Below, in pieces: positions 20,094-29,723 of a stretch of 64,000 bases of DNA. The DNA lies in IMG/VR virus record IMGVR_UViG_3300020045_001036, positions 1-64,000 of that record; one strand, 5' to 3'. This DNA is from a virus. Under the pieces are notes generated by a model, which saw nothing but the letters and a program-made list of their open reading frames with translations, ran no database searches and had not been told where the DNA came from. Each line of letters opens with the position of its first letter. The stretch's first letter is position 1. The position numbers and the translations under genes are program-made.

Positions 20094-20272
20094 CAATAAT
20101 AGGTCAAAGATTAACTGATAAGAATAGAATAGTATTCTATTGTCTAAGTAAGAATGGTTGGTATTCATCAATGATAGTAATGAATATCTTTGGAGCCTTA
20201 GATGTAGCTAATAGTTTACCTACTATGTCTGAAGAAACATTTAAAGAAATAGCTGGTGATATGCTAGCTTAA
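20090..20272 (+). CDS. Hypothetical protein
   Basis: 60-aa ORF. Confidence 0.5.
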   Translation: MTIIGQRLTDKNRIVFYCLSKNGWYSSMIVMNIFGALDVANSLPTMSEETFKEIAGDMLA

Positions 20273-20307
20273 CTAATAAAATTGTTAAACATTAATAAAT
20301 ATAGATC

Positions 20308-20790
20308 ATGCCTGAAACAACAACAACAACAGAATCAACAACAGCAGTATCAACAGCTGTTCAATTCACACAAAATGATATTCCTGCTCTATTAGAGACA
20401 GTGAATGAGAAAATACGGCTATTAAGCAGAGCAGATAAAACTGAAGCTGCTATTACTGTAGCATTACCAGGATTTGGTGATCTATCTAAAATAGATGACT
20501 TATCAGTATTAATACAAGCTTGTGCTAATATTGATGGTAAAGTAGAAGCTTTTAAAACATCAGCTACTAAACATTTACCTGAAAGTGTTAAAGCACCAGA
20601 ATTCAAAATTGCAGGACATTCCCCAAAAGTATGGATTAGTTTTATCGAGTCTAAGATAGCTAAAGTAGCACATGCTAAAGAGCTAACTAAACTTAAAACA
20701 GTTAAAGACACATTAGAATCTAATTTATCCCGAGAGATGAAGTTAGCTAATGATCTTAAGAAGATTAGTGAACTTTTAAATGAAGATTAA
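20308..20790 (+). CDS. Coiled-coil hypothetical protein
   Basis: 160-aa ORF with a helical C-terminus. Confidence 0.6.
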   Translation: MPETTTTTESTTAVSTAVQFTQNDIPALLETVNEKIRLLSRADKTEAAITVALPGFGDLSKIDDLSVLIQACANIDGKVEAFKTSATKHLPESVKAPEFKIAGHSPKVWISFIESKIAKVAHAKELTKLKTVKDTLESNLSREMKLANDLKKISELLNED

Positions 20791-21059
20791 TGGCAGCTCC
20801 CAAATTTAAGAATGGAGATTTAATTAGACCCATTCCAGGAAAAAAGACTAGTCGTGAAATTAAGTTATCTAAACTTATTAAACTTGAAGTTCTTAGAGTT
20901 GATCCAGAATCATATGGTAAAAGAGAACTACATGTTAAAATAAGAGAAGGCTCTACATCTACAACTTATAGAAATTATAAGCCTGGAGATACTATTTCAA
21001 TCTATGAAGATGCTTTTGAGTTATGTGATCCTGCAGAACCGGAATATGAAATCTTTTAA
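20790..21059 (+). CDS. SH3/KOW-like protein ending EPEYEIF
   Basis: KFKNGDLIR start. Confidence 0.6.
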   Translation: MAAPKFKNGDLIRPIPGKKTSREIKLSKLIKLEVLRVDPESYGKRELHVKIREGSTSTTYRNYKPGDTISIYEDAFELCDPAEPEYEIF

Positions 21060-21061
21060 TT

Positions 21062-21310
21062 ATGTCAAAACTTAAAGTAGGAGATAGAGTAGAGAGTAAA
21101 ACTACTGTGGGTAATAAACACATAAAAAGAGCTATAGGAACAATTATTAATATTCCAACTATAGGTTACGTATGTGTTGAATTTGATATAAATATTGATG
21201 GACATGATGGAAGTGGAATAGGTAGAGATAAACATTGTTGGAATGTTACTATACCAGACTTAATCTTATTAGATCCTATCAGTATAGAACCAGAATACGA
21301 AGTATTCTAA
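21062..21310 (+). CDS. SH3/KOW-like protein ending EPEYEVF
   Basis: KLKVGDRV, VEFD...GHDG...CW. Confidence 0.6.
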   Translation: MSKLKVGDRVESKTTVGNKHIKRAIGTIINIPTIGYVCVEFDINIDGHDGSGIGRDKHCWNVTIPDLILLDPISIEPEYEVF

Positions 21311-21740
21311 ATTAATAGTAATATAAGCGTAGGGATTATTCAGAGTTTAGAAAACTCATTATATTATTATAACTAAACTTCTAATACAGGTGTCACATTC
21401 CAGCCCTGAAGATAAGATTATAGTACACCTATTAATACATATTAAATTGTAACTAGTGATAGTATTAGGTCAAGACTAATAGAATATAACAGCCATTTGA
21501 AAATTACAATGGTTATAAGTTATATTATAGAGCTATTAGAAGTTTTAAACTACATACACCTAGTGAATATTGTATGTAGTTGCAATGATGCCTGATATAT
21601 TGCTCAGATCCTGAAATATATCACAATAAGTGATTAGTACATTGACTTCAAAAATGTGTTTGAAACTAATTTAAATGGTAAATCCAATACATTCAGCTTA
21701 TTATATTTTAATCTATTAATAATCTTTAAAAATCCTTATA

Positions 21741-21860
21741 ATGAGAGAATTATATTTCCCAATATTTATTAAATGGGCCATTGTAATACTATGGATCATT
21801 TTAATTATACTATGTGCATGGGCATGTAGTTATGTACATGGACATGTAGCTAATAAATAG
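21741..21860 (+). CDS. 39-aa membrane peptide
   Basis: MRELYFPIFIKWAIVILWIILIILCAW... Confidence 0.45.
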   Translation: MRELYFPIFIKWAIVILWIILIILCAWACSYVHGHVANK

Positions 21861-21867
21861 CTTTATT

Positions 21868-21954
21868 ATGAAAATATCAATATTTGATTGGATATCTCTT
21901 ATACTATGTATAGTAGGTGTAATAATGTTATTGTATTTAATAGCAATAGTTTAG
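21868..21954 (+). CDS. 28-aa membrane peptide
   Basis: MKISIFDWISLILCIVGVIMLLYLIAIV. Confidence 0.4.
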   Translation: MKISIFDWISLILCIVGVIMLLYLIAIV

Positions 21955-21956
21955 TT

Positions 21957-22175
21957 ATGGATTACACCAATTTAGAGATCAGGTTAGCACTATACTCATT
22001 AATGGGTATCAGTGGCTACATATATTCATTAGAAATAATGAATACGAGAGGATTATGTCATGACAGTTATACTGCAGTAATGAACGGTATAAGAGACATC
22101 AAGTCTAATCAAAACTTACCACATATTAAAATGTTACAGTATTATTACTGGACAGATGAACCAATAAACAGATAG
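21957..22175 (+). CDS. Hypothetical protein (start MDYTNL)
   Basis: ATG 2 nt after the previous stop. Confidence 0.5.
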   Translation: MDYTNLEIRLALYSLMGISGYIYSLEIMNTRGLCHDSYTAVMNGIRDIKSNQNLPHIKMLQYYYWTDEPINR

Positions 22176-22253
22176 CTTTATGAATGAAGAATTAGAACAA
22201 GAGCCAATCATAGCTCATGATTACAACGGTAATCTAATATTAATACACTGTTA

Positions 22254-22511
22254 ATGGATACTCAAACTCTATCTATGTTCATTATAAATGGACTCAGCGC
22301 TTTAGTATGTATTATACAAGGTGTATACTTTATAATATTAGGTAAAGCAGAAGATGCTAAAGAAGCATTTGGATTTGCATTCATTATGGCTATAATAGGA
22401 TTTGTTTTATGGACTATAGCTATTATAGCTGGAATTATCATCTTTATGTTATTTCTTTGCGACAGATCAGTAGAGTGGCTATGTAGTTTTTCTAAGAATA
22501 ATAAAAGATGA
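22254..22511 (+). CDS. Membrane protein
   Basis: Two or three hydrophobic helices. Confidence 0.55.
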   Translation: MDTQTLSMFIINGLSALVCIIQGVYFIILGKAEDAKEAFGFAFIMAIIGFVLWTIAIIAGIIIFMLFLCDRSVEWLCSFSKNNKR

Positions 22512-23059
22512 TAACACATGTGAAAATATTTAAGTATAAGATACTGAAAGTATTACCACTCAGTGATCTTGAAAAACATAAAAAGCATAGAAGACTACAA
22601 GTCTTTTATCATAAAGGATGTAAATGTGTATCTTGTCCAAGAGAAGGTACACAACTAATTAAAGGTTTAGCAAAAAATAGTGGAATACATTTAGATGTAT
22701 ATACATTCGATTTACATCCAATGACAGTTGACCATATAATACCAAAAAGTAAAGGTGGTTCTGACACATTAGATAATCTACAACCAATGTATTCTGAATG
22801 CAATACACGTAAAGGTAATGGGGAGAATACACATAAACACATAATAATACCTATTAAATTCTTATTTACTAATGTAAATATATCAGTAGGGGATATTGTA
22901 TATGTTAAAAGTGGAAAAAGGAGAAAAGGACATAGACTACTAGGAATAGTTAGTAATATCCTAATTAATCCATATACTGATAAACAATCAGTAATGATAA
23001 AAGGTAATCTAATATCAATGTATAACATTAAATCAGTTTATAAACTAAAAAACAACTAA
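22508..23059 (+). CDS. HNH endonuclease-domain protein
   Basis: CVSC...MTVDHIIPKSKGGSDTLDNLQPMYSECNTRKG (one Zn-ligand Cys replaced by Tyr). Confidence 0.8.
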   Translation: MITHVKIFKYKILKVLPLSDLEKHKKHRRLQVFYHKGCKCVSCPREGTQLIKGLAKNSGIHLDVYTFDLHPMTVDHIIPKSKGGSDTLDNLQPMYSECNTRKGNGENTHKHIIIPIKFLFTNVNISVGDIVYVKSGKRRKGHRLLGIVSNILINPYTDKQSVMIKGNLISMYNIKSVYKLKNN

Positions 23060-23060
23060 A

Positions 23061-23252
23061 ATGGCGCACCGTAAAGTATTACAAATAATAATGTCAGCTC
23101 CTAAAAGAGTTAAAGTAGGTACAAGAACTACCAAATCAGGAAATGTAGTAGGAATATGGATGAATAATCCAGCTGGTTCAGTACCTTTTATCACCAGTAT
23201 TAATGGTGTACAAAGAGTGAAAACTATTACACACCAAAGAGCATTTAATTAA
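23061..23252 (+). CDS. Small basic hypothetical protein
   Basis: 63-aa ORF in operon. Confidence 0.5.
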   Translation: MAHRKVLQIIMSAPKRVKVGTRTTKSGNVVGIWMNNPAGSVPFITSINGVQRVKTITHQRAFN

Positions 23253-23281
23253 TCAACAATAACCTTTTAAAATCTAGAGAG

Positions 23282-23617
23282 ATGAAAGCATTACAAATAT
23301 TGGAGAAAAACCAATCAACAAAAGAAAGAGCTTCAGAGTATTTAAAATCAATCAAACGAAATCTTCAAAAGAAAGTAGTTGATGTTCTTGAAGAGAAAAT
23401 CGAAGCTATTGAAGACAAAATCTATGGCTTATTAGATATGTCTTTAAACACAGACCTTAATAAGGGTGTGAAAACTGTTACTAGAGATCAAGCTGAAGCT
23501 AGATTCTCTGAAGTGATAGAGCTAGAGTACGAACTTGAATTACTTAACAAAGAATTAGATGTTAAAAGAAAATCTTTTGACAACTATTTCGGAGGAGTAG
23601 AAGAAGCTGTACAATAA
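23282..23617 (+). CDS. Coiled-coil protein
   Basis: Heptad pattern. Confidence 0.6.
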   Translation: MKALQILEKNQSTKERASEYLKSIKRNLQKKVVDVLEEKIEAIEDKIYGLLDMSLNTDLNKGVKTVTRDQAEARFSEVIELEYELELLNKELDVKRKSFDNYFGGVEEAVQ

Positions 23618-24231
23618 TGTGTAGAATTTATTTATCTATCCCTGTTACAATAGATAACAGGGATAAAGTTATAGATACTATGATAAGTAATATTGTAGGC
23701 CTTAAAGTTGGTCCTACATTAATACTTGATCATTGGAAACCGGGATGGATATATGACAAACAATCTGTTAGTAAAGCAGATATATTTATATTCGCACATC
23801 CTAGCAATAGCTTTAAATTCAATTTAATGACATTACCAAGTGGTGTATTACGTGAATTTGAACAAGCTCGTATGTTAGGTAAACAAATATTTCTAGCTTA
23901 TAAAAATACAGCTAATGAAATTAACTTCTACAAGATAACTGCAAATGGTTCTACTATATCAGGAATGGCTGGTACTACAAATGGTCTAGCTATAAGATTA
24001 GAACAAGAAATCTTCTTAAAAACTTCTAATAAAGTACAAGAACCTAAAGGATATGTTGCACCAAATACATACAAAGCGACTAATCCATGTGCTGAAATAC
24101 CATTAGATTATAATCTAGGTGTATTTGAACCTTCAAAAATGGATGTAACATCAATACCAGTAAAAGAACACTCAATAGAACTACATAAAACTGTACAAGG
24201 TACAGCTTATGATAGAAGACTTCTATTGTAA
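23617..24231 (+). CDS. Nucleoside 2-deoxyribosyltransferase/TIR-like fold protein with C-terminal extension
   Basis: IYLS, ADIFIF, SGVLREFEQARMLGKQIF. Confidence 0.55.
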   Translation: MCRIYLSIPVTIDNRDKVIDTMISNIVGLKVGPTLILDHWKPGWIYDKQSVSKADIFIFAHPSNSFKFNLMTLPSGVLREFEQARMLGKQIFLAYKNTANEINFYKITANGSTISGMAGTTNGLAIRLEQEIFLKTSNKVQEPKGYVAPNTYKATNPCAEIPLDYNLGVFEPSKMDVTSIPVKEHSIELHKTVQGTAYDRRLLL

Positions 24232-24266
24232 TTAAAACGAATTATTAACAACAAATACAAGACGTT

Positions 24267-24422
24267 ATGGAAAGAGATCCTCAACAAGAAAAGTATAATC
24301 GTGGTACTTACCTTTTATTGCTATGTATAGTCTTAGCAATAGTAGGTACAATGGTTATTAAGAGAAATCTTAGTAAAGTACCTGTAAAAATAACACCTCA
24401 ACATGAGCTTACCGTTAAGTGA
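24267..24422 (+). CDS. 51-aa membrane peptide
   Basis: YLLLLCIVLAIVGTMVI. Confidence 0.45.
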   Translation: MERDPQQEKYNRGTYLLLLCIVLAIVGTMVIKRNLSKVPVKITPQHELTVK

Positions 24423-26388
24423 TCTTAGAAAAGGAGATAGAGTCGTAATATCTAGATCTTCTCACTATTATGGTATAAGTAACTCTAATCCAAAAGATGA
24501 TGTAATAGGTACTGTTCAAGCAGATCGTTCAGGTAGTGTTAAGTGGGATAATGGTACTACTAATGGTTATAGTAGTGGAGATTTAGTTAGAGTTTCTGCT
24601 AATAAAGCAAGAAGTCTTAAAGAGGGAGATAATGTTTTAATAGATAAATCCTCTAGGCATTATGATCTTAGTAATTCAAAAACAGGCTCCAACCCACCAG
24701 ATACAATAGGTAGAATTAAAACTATTACAGCAAGTACAAGTTATAACATATCTGTTGAATGGAATAATGGTACATTTAATACTTATTCAGCAGAAGATTT
24801 AATACTAAGTACAAGTACAAGTACAGTTACTTCTAGTTCAAGTGAACTAACTAAATCTCCTATTGTAGGTAAATGGTACATTAATCCAGGATGGTCCAGA
24901 GGTTCTATGGCTAAATTTAGAAATATAATTAGTGGTGAATTTGGTTATTCTGATAGAATATATTTAGGGGATAGTTCATCTACTAAAACTATAGGTAGTT
25001 GGGGATTAGGTTCTGGTGTTAGACTAGCAACAGAGGAAGAATTAAGAAAATTACCTAAAAACCATTGTGATCATCCTGATTATGATACTTCTTCTTCTCC
25101 ATATGAGAAAGGTGTATGGTATACTGCTTCAGGTTGGAGACGTGGTTCTGTAGCTAAAGCTACTGGTCCTTACAGTACTACTTATTTTCATTTTGAACAA
25201 GCTTTTATAGAAGGTTCAAGTAAATCTTCAGCTAGTCGTTGGAGTACAACTCCCGGAATAAGAAAAGCTACTATTAGTGAATTGAGTAATTGGTTACCTA
25301 AGGATCATCCTGATAACCCATCAAAAGTAATTTATACTCCTAAAACAGGAGATAAAGTTAAAGTTGTAGCTAATAGATCTGGTTCTTGTAACCAAATCGG
25401 TGATATTGGTATAGTTGGGATGATTTATGGGAGTAACTGTGAAGTTAAAGTAGGTACTAGATCTGGGGGTAATTGTCATTACTTTGATGATCTTGAACTT
25501 GTATCTACATTTGCTGTTCCTACATATAAACCTCAAAAAGGTGATAAAGTTAAACTTATTGCTAATAGAGCTAAATCTGGTATGACTATAGGAGCTATTG
25601 GTATTGTTAGTACTATGTATAGTGATCATTGTTGTATCCAAGTAGAAGGTAGAGGAAGTTATTATAACTATTTTGATGATTTAGAATTTGTTTCAGGACC
25701 AACTAAAAGTACTCCTAGTACATCTAAATTTAAAGTGGGAGATACAGTAAAAATTACTGCTAATACAAATAGTTCTGTTAACAGAGTAGGAGATATAGGT
25801 ATCACTAAAAAGTATGAAACTAGTAGTGATACTTGGAAAGTACTAGTACCTGGAAGACCTGATCTCAGTAATTGGACTAGAGCAGATGAAATGGTACTCC
25901 ATACTGATTCTAAAACTCCTTCTATCACATCAGCTTTTTGGAGAATTAAAACTCAAAAAGAAATGATCAATGATGGCACTATACCTCCTGGATGTAAAAG
26001 ACCTATTACTTGGGGTAGTCAAATGGATAAACATTTTGGTGAAACAATACCTTCTAAATTTTATCCAGCTATTGAAAGAATGGGAGAAGGTGGAAGTGTA
26101 GATTTATGGGATGATTTCTGTTATAGGAAATTCCATTTTACTACTAATCTTACACCTGTAAGCATACCATGGGAAACAGATGACGACGATGATGAAGAAG
26201 ATGAAACATCTTCTTGGGATTCTGATGTCAAAGATGGCTCTTATGATTCAGATCTAGATAGATTAGATGCCATATCAGGAGAATCGGCAAGATTTATAGG
26301 GATGGATTTTGGTGCAAAAGAAACAAGTTCCAAAAGACCAAAAAAAGAGGTTGAAATTATACCTCAAAAAAAAAGAATGATTTATTAA
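24403..26388 (+). CDS. Multi-repeat beta-barrel (SH3-like) protein
   Basis: Three repeat families (2x, 2x, 3x) and an acidic tail. Confidence 0.7.
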   Translation: MSLPLSDLRKGDRVVISRSSHYYGISNSNPKDDVIGTVQADRSGSVKWDNGTTNGYSSGDLVRVSANKARSLKEGDNVLIDKSSRHYDLSNSKTGSNPPDTIGRIKTITASTSYNISVEWNNGTFNTYSAEDLILSTSTSTVTSSSSELTKSPIVGKWYINPGWSRGSMAKFRNIISGEFGYSDRIYLGDSSSTKTIGSWGLGSGVRLATEEELRKLPKNHCDHPDYDTSSSPYEKGVWYTASGWRRGSVAKATGPYSTTYFHFEQAFIEGSSKSSASRWSTTPGIRKATISELSNWLPKDHPDNPSKVIYTPKTGDKVKVVANRSGSCNQIGDIGIVGMIYGSNCEVKVGTRSGGNCHYFDDLELVSTFAVPTYKPQKGDKVKLIANRAKSGMTIGAIGIVSTMYSDHCCIQVEGRGSYYNYFDDLEFVSGPTKSTPSTSKFKVGDTVKITANTNSSVNRVGDIGITKKYETSSDTWKVLVPGRPDLSNWTRADEMVLHTDSKTPSITSAFWRIKTQKEMINDGTIPPGCKRPITWGSQMDKHFGETIPSKFYPAIERMGEGGSVDLWDDFCYRKFHFTTNLTPVSIPWETDDDDDEEDETSSWDSDVKDGSYDSDLDRLDAISGESARFIGMDFGAKETSSKRPKKEVEIIPQKKRMIY

Positions 26389-26463
26389 GCATACAATAAG
26401 GGGTTAAAGACAGCACCTCATCAAAGCTGTCACAAACAATTTTTATATTTAAATACATTTATT

Positions 26464-26943
26464 ATGTCAAATTCAGGAAAACAAGCAACTCCAGCAACAA
26501 TCGTAACTCCAACTTCTAAATTCTCAATCGTGAGATCAATTTGTGCACTTTTAAACCTAGGTGAAGAAGGTAAATTGGAAAGCTTTTTAGATAAAGTTGT
26601 AAAACAATTGAAAAAAGAGATTACTGTTGTTAAAAAGAATCAAGATACTGCTGTATTCTTGCACGAACAAGAACTTGAAGAGTTAAATGATAAACTTGTA
26701 GATGCACAAGATGCATTGAAAGATTCTTATCTATCAGTGAATGTAGATGCTATTCAAACTAAAGAACAACAAAACAGCTACATCGATACTTATTTGAGTA
26801 AAATTGATGCTAAGAAAGCTGCCGTTATTGCAATTGAAGCTAGAATCGAGGATGCTGTTGAGAAATACAACAAGAAATTTGAAGCTTCTACAGCTGAAGT
26901 TGCATCTCTTACTGAGAGATTAGATACTATTGCAAAAGGATAA
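26464..26943 (+). CDS. Coiled-coil protein
   Basis: Heptads; hairpin terminator ~26957-26986. Confidence 0.65.
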   Translation: MSNSGKQATPATIVTPTSKFSIVRSICALLNLGEEGKLESFLDKVVKQLKKEITVVKKNQDTAVFLHEQELEELNDKLVDAQDALKDSYLSVNVDAIQTKEQQNSYIDTYLSKIDAKKAAVIAIEARIEDAVEKYNKKFEASTAEVASLTERLDTIAKG

Positions 26944-27026
26944 TTAGTTCCTTGTAACCAACCCTCATTCGTGAGGGTAGGTTTCTTAAACTAATAAACC
27001 ATTTTATAATCTATTAAAGACAACAC

Positions 27027-27422
27027 ATGATTACAGTTGACAAAACACAAGAATCTATATCATTAGCTATAGGTATGACTCAAGAAGAGTTTGATACTTT
27101 TGGAGATAAAATTACTAAACTTTGCACAGAGTATGCAGACATTATACTGTCAGGTAAAGGAGCTACAATTACGAGATTAGATTTTTTAGAAACTTTAACT
27201 TCTCAATTAAATGAGAAAGAATTGTTACTATTAGCTTTAACTACATTTGAAGGAACTATTCAGCAAACTATTACGTTTGTTGAAACAGAAAAACCTGGCT
27301 CAACTAATGCTATAACTGTTGATGATTTAATAGAAGATCCTGTTATTGCTGATAAAGATGAATTGACTACTGAAACAATAGTAGCTGAAGTCATTGCACC
27401 AGATTCAACAACAGAATCATAG
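27027..27422 (+). CDS. Acidic hypothetical protein
   Basis: 131-aa ORF. Confidence 0.55.
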   Translation: MITVDKTQESISLAIGMTQEEFDTFGDKITKLCTEYADIILSGKGATITRLDFLETLTSQLNEKELLLLALTTFEGTIQQTITFVETEKPGSTNAITVDDLIEDPVIADKDELTTETIVAEVIAPDSTTES

Positions 27423-27789
27423 ATTACAAAAACCCTATGAAAATAGGGTTTTATTAAAAATGAAAAACAAAAACATACAAGGTAACAAACTGAAGGATAG
27501 TAAGTTTCAACCAAGCTCAGAGATGCTACAATCTCTACAAGCAGTGGATCCAAATGTAGGTACAACAGTTACTTATACATTCCAAACCCCTAGGAGCAAG
27601 TTCAATAGAACTACTCAAGAAGTTACAGATTATGTGCATGAATCAAGAATGATTCAATCACTTAATCCTAGTGCTTTATTAAGTGTTGGATCTACCGGTA
27701 AAAAGTTAAAAAGAAATGATGTAGAAGTTTGTAGAATGTTAGAAGACATTCGTAACGATCTTGGTGCTACGTTCTTTACAATTAACTAA
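27394..27789 (+). CDS. Hypothetical protein (start uncertain, possibly 27460)
   Basis: ORF followed by hairpin ATAAGGGGAT/ATCCCCTTAT. Confidence 0.5.
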   Translation: MHQIQQQNHRLQKPYENRVLLKMKNKNIQGNKLKDSKFQPSSEMLQSLQAVDPNVGTTVTYTFQTPRSKFNRTTQEVTDYVHESRMIQSLNPSALLSVGSTGKKLKRNDVEVCRMLEDIRNDLGATFFTIN

Positions 27790-27850
27790 ACTGAATAAGG
27801 GGATGAAATAAAATCCCCTTATATTATTGTCAATAAATAATTGAACTGAA

Positions 27851-29488
27851 ATGAGTAAATCAAATACAAAACTCGCAAGTACCATAGGTACACTAAAGCC
27901 TAAACCTGCACTAGTTGCATCTAAGGCTATTCCAAAACCCGATACTACAAATATATCGGGCCATTCTGCTTATACTCAAGATAAATGGAGGAGATTATTG
28001 ACAATATTGAATACATCAAAGTTACAATCCCAATACTATAGAAGTGAATCTGCTACATTGAAAGATTTACACACTTTAATTGCTGATTGTGCTCAAGAAA
28101 ATTTATATTTAACTTGTCAATGCATTGTCTATTCTAGATGTGTAGGAGAAGGTCTTAGGACTATATCCCATGCTGCATCTGTATTTATATCCTCATATTT
28201 AGCTGGCGCTGAATTCTCAAAGAGATTTTACTCTCAATGGGATAAAGGTAAAAAGCAAGGTGGCGTTATATTTAGACCAGATGATATGTCTGAAATTATG
28301 CAAGGTTTTATTGCTTTGAATACTTCAACAGAATCCAGTCCTAAACTAACTAATGCAATGAAAAAAGGTTTTGCTAACGCTATTGAATCTTATGATTCCT
28401 ATCCGTTATTAAAATACAAATCTTCACTGATTGACGTTATAAATCTAGTTAGACCGAGTTCAGCTAGATCTAAAGCTACTGTTGAGGTGAATAATGAATC
28501 TATTAAAACAATAGATGCTATTATGAGAGGCCTTAAAGTGTCTGCTGACACATGGGAAGTAAATCAAGTAAAAGCTGGCCAAATTGTTGCTGAAGCTGTT
28601 AAAGAAGGTAAAGTTGATATTATTGAAGCTAAAACTATTTTAACAGATGCTAAAGCAGAAAATTGGGATGAACTGTTATCTAATGATAAATTAGGGATTC
28701 TAGCCGCTATTAGGAATATTAGAAATATTCTATTAAACAATCCTAAAAAATCTACAATAGCTACATTAGATACTCTATTATCTAATCCGGATAGAATTAG
28801 AGCTGGTAAAATATTCCCGTATCAATTAGATATGGCAAATGAACTTATCATGCAAGAATTTCCACATAATCCAGATGCTAGACAGTTACAAGTAGCATTA
28901 CTTAAAGGCTACATGCATGCTATACCTAATCTTGCTGCTATTCTACCGGGTAGGAATGTCGTATTTTTAGACCAATCTGGTTCTATGGATAAAGTAATTA
29001 GATATGGTACTAAAAATGGTTCACAAAGCTGTTCTAAAAAAGCATCAATGCTAGCTGCTACCATAGCGTTAGCTACTAATGCTGACATTATTAGATTTGG
29101 TTCCAATGCAATGTACACTAATTACAGTTCTGTTGTAGATGTGTTTACACTAGCAGGACAATTAGATAACCCAAGAATGGGTGGTACTAGCTTATCGAGT
29201 GCTTGGAAGTTAGCTTCAAAGAAAGAAATTGGATATGATAGAGTTTTTATCTTATCTGATAATGAATGTAATATAGGATCTTCTTATGATAGATACAAAC
29301 AGTATGTAGAAAAAGTTGGTGATCCTTATATATATTCAGTAGATCTTGCAGGATATGGCACTGATTGTATGGCGGGAGACAAAGTAAAGTATTTTTATGG
29401 TTATGGTATGGCTATGTTTGAAGATATTGCTAAATTAGAGTATAATCCTGATCACCATATGGATAAAGTTAAACAAATAATAATCTAA
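27851..29488 (+). CDS. rsr: Ro60/Rsr-like TROVE + vWA domain RNA-binding protein
   Basis: TTN.SG..AY N-terminus, RPDDM, LLKY, DTWE, LAAIRNIRNI, KIFPYQ, MIDAS DQSGSM, GGT, ILSDNE. Confidence 0.9.
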   Translation: MSKSNTKLASTIGTLKPKPALVASKAIPKPDTTNISGHSAYTQDKWRRLLTILNTSKLQSQYYRSESATLKDLHTLIADCAQENLYLTCQCIVYSRCVGEGLRTISHAASVFISSYLAGAEFSKRFYSQWDKGKKQGGVIFRPDDMSEIMQGFIALNTSTESSPKLTNAMKKGFANAIESYDSYPLLKYKSSLIDVINLVRPSSARSKATVEVNNESIKTIDAIMRGLKVSADTWEVNQVKAGQIVAEAVKEGKVDIIEAKTILTDAKAENWDELLSNDKLGILAAIRNIRNILLNNPKKSTIATLDTLLSNPDRIRAGKIFPYQLDMANELIMQEFPHNPDARQLQVALLKGYMHAIPNLAAILPGRNVVFLDQSGSMDKVIRYGTKNGSQSCSKKASMLAATIALATNADIIRFGSNAMYTNYSSVVDVFTLAGQLDNPRMGGTSLSSAWKLASKKEIGYDRVFILSDNECNIGSSYDRYKQYVEKVGDPYIYSVDLAGYGTDCMAGDKVKYFYGYGMAMFEDIAKLEYNPDHHMDKVKQIII

Positions 29489-29490
29489 TC

Positions 29491-29721
29491 ATGAGTGTAT
29501 TCAAAATAACTCCAAAATCTCTTCAAAAAAAGAGTACATCTATACTTAACGTATTTAAAAATACTGTAAACGATCTTAATAAGATCAATACAGCAATTTT
29601 TGCAGAAACTCTCAGAAAATCTGAAGAAATAGTTAAACTAGAAGCTGAAACTGAAGAATTAACAACTCTACACAAAGCCAATAGCAAAATTGTAGATAAA
29701 ATTAATCAATTCCTTAGTTAG
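29491..29721 (+). CDS. Small coiled-coil protein
   Basis: Directly after Ro60. Confidence 0.55.
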   Translation: MSVFKITPKSLQKKSTSILNVFKNTVNDLNKINTAIFAETLRKSEEIVKLEAETEELTTLHKANSKIVDKINQFLS

Positions 29722-29723
29722 GT

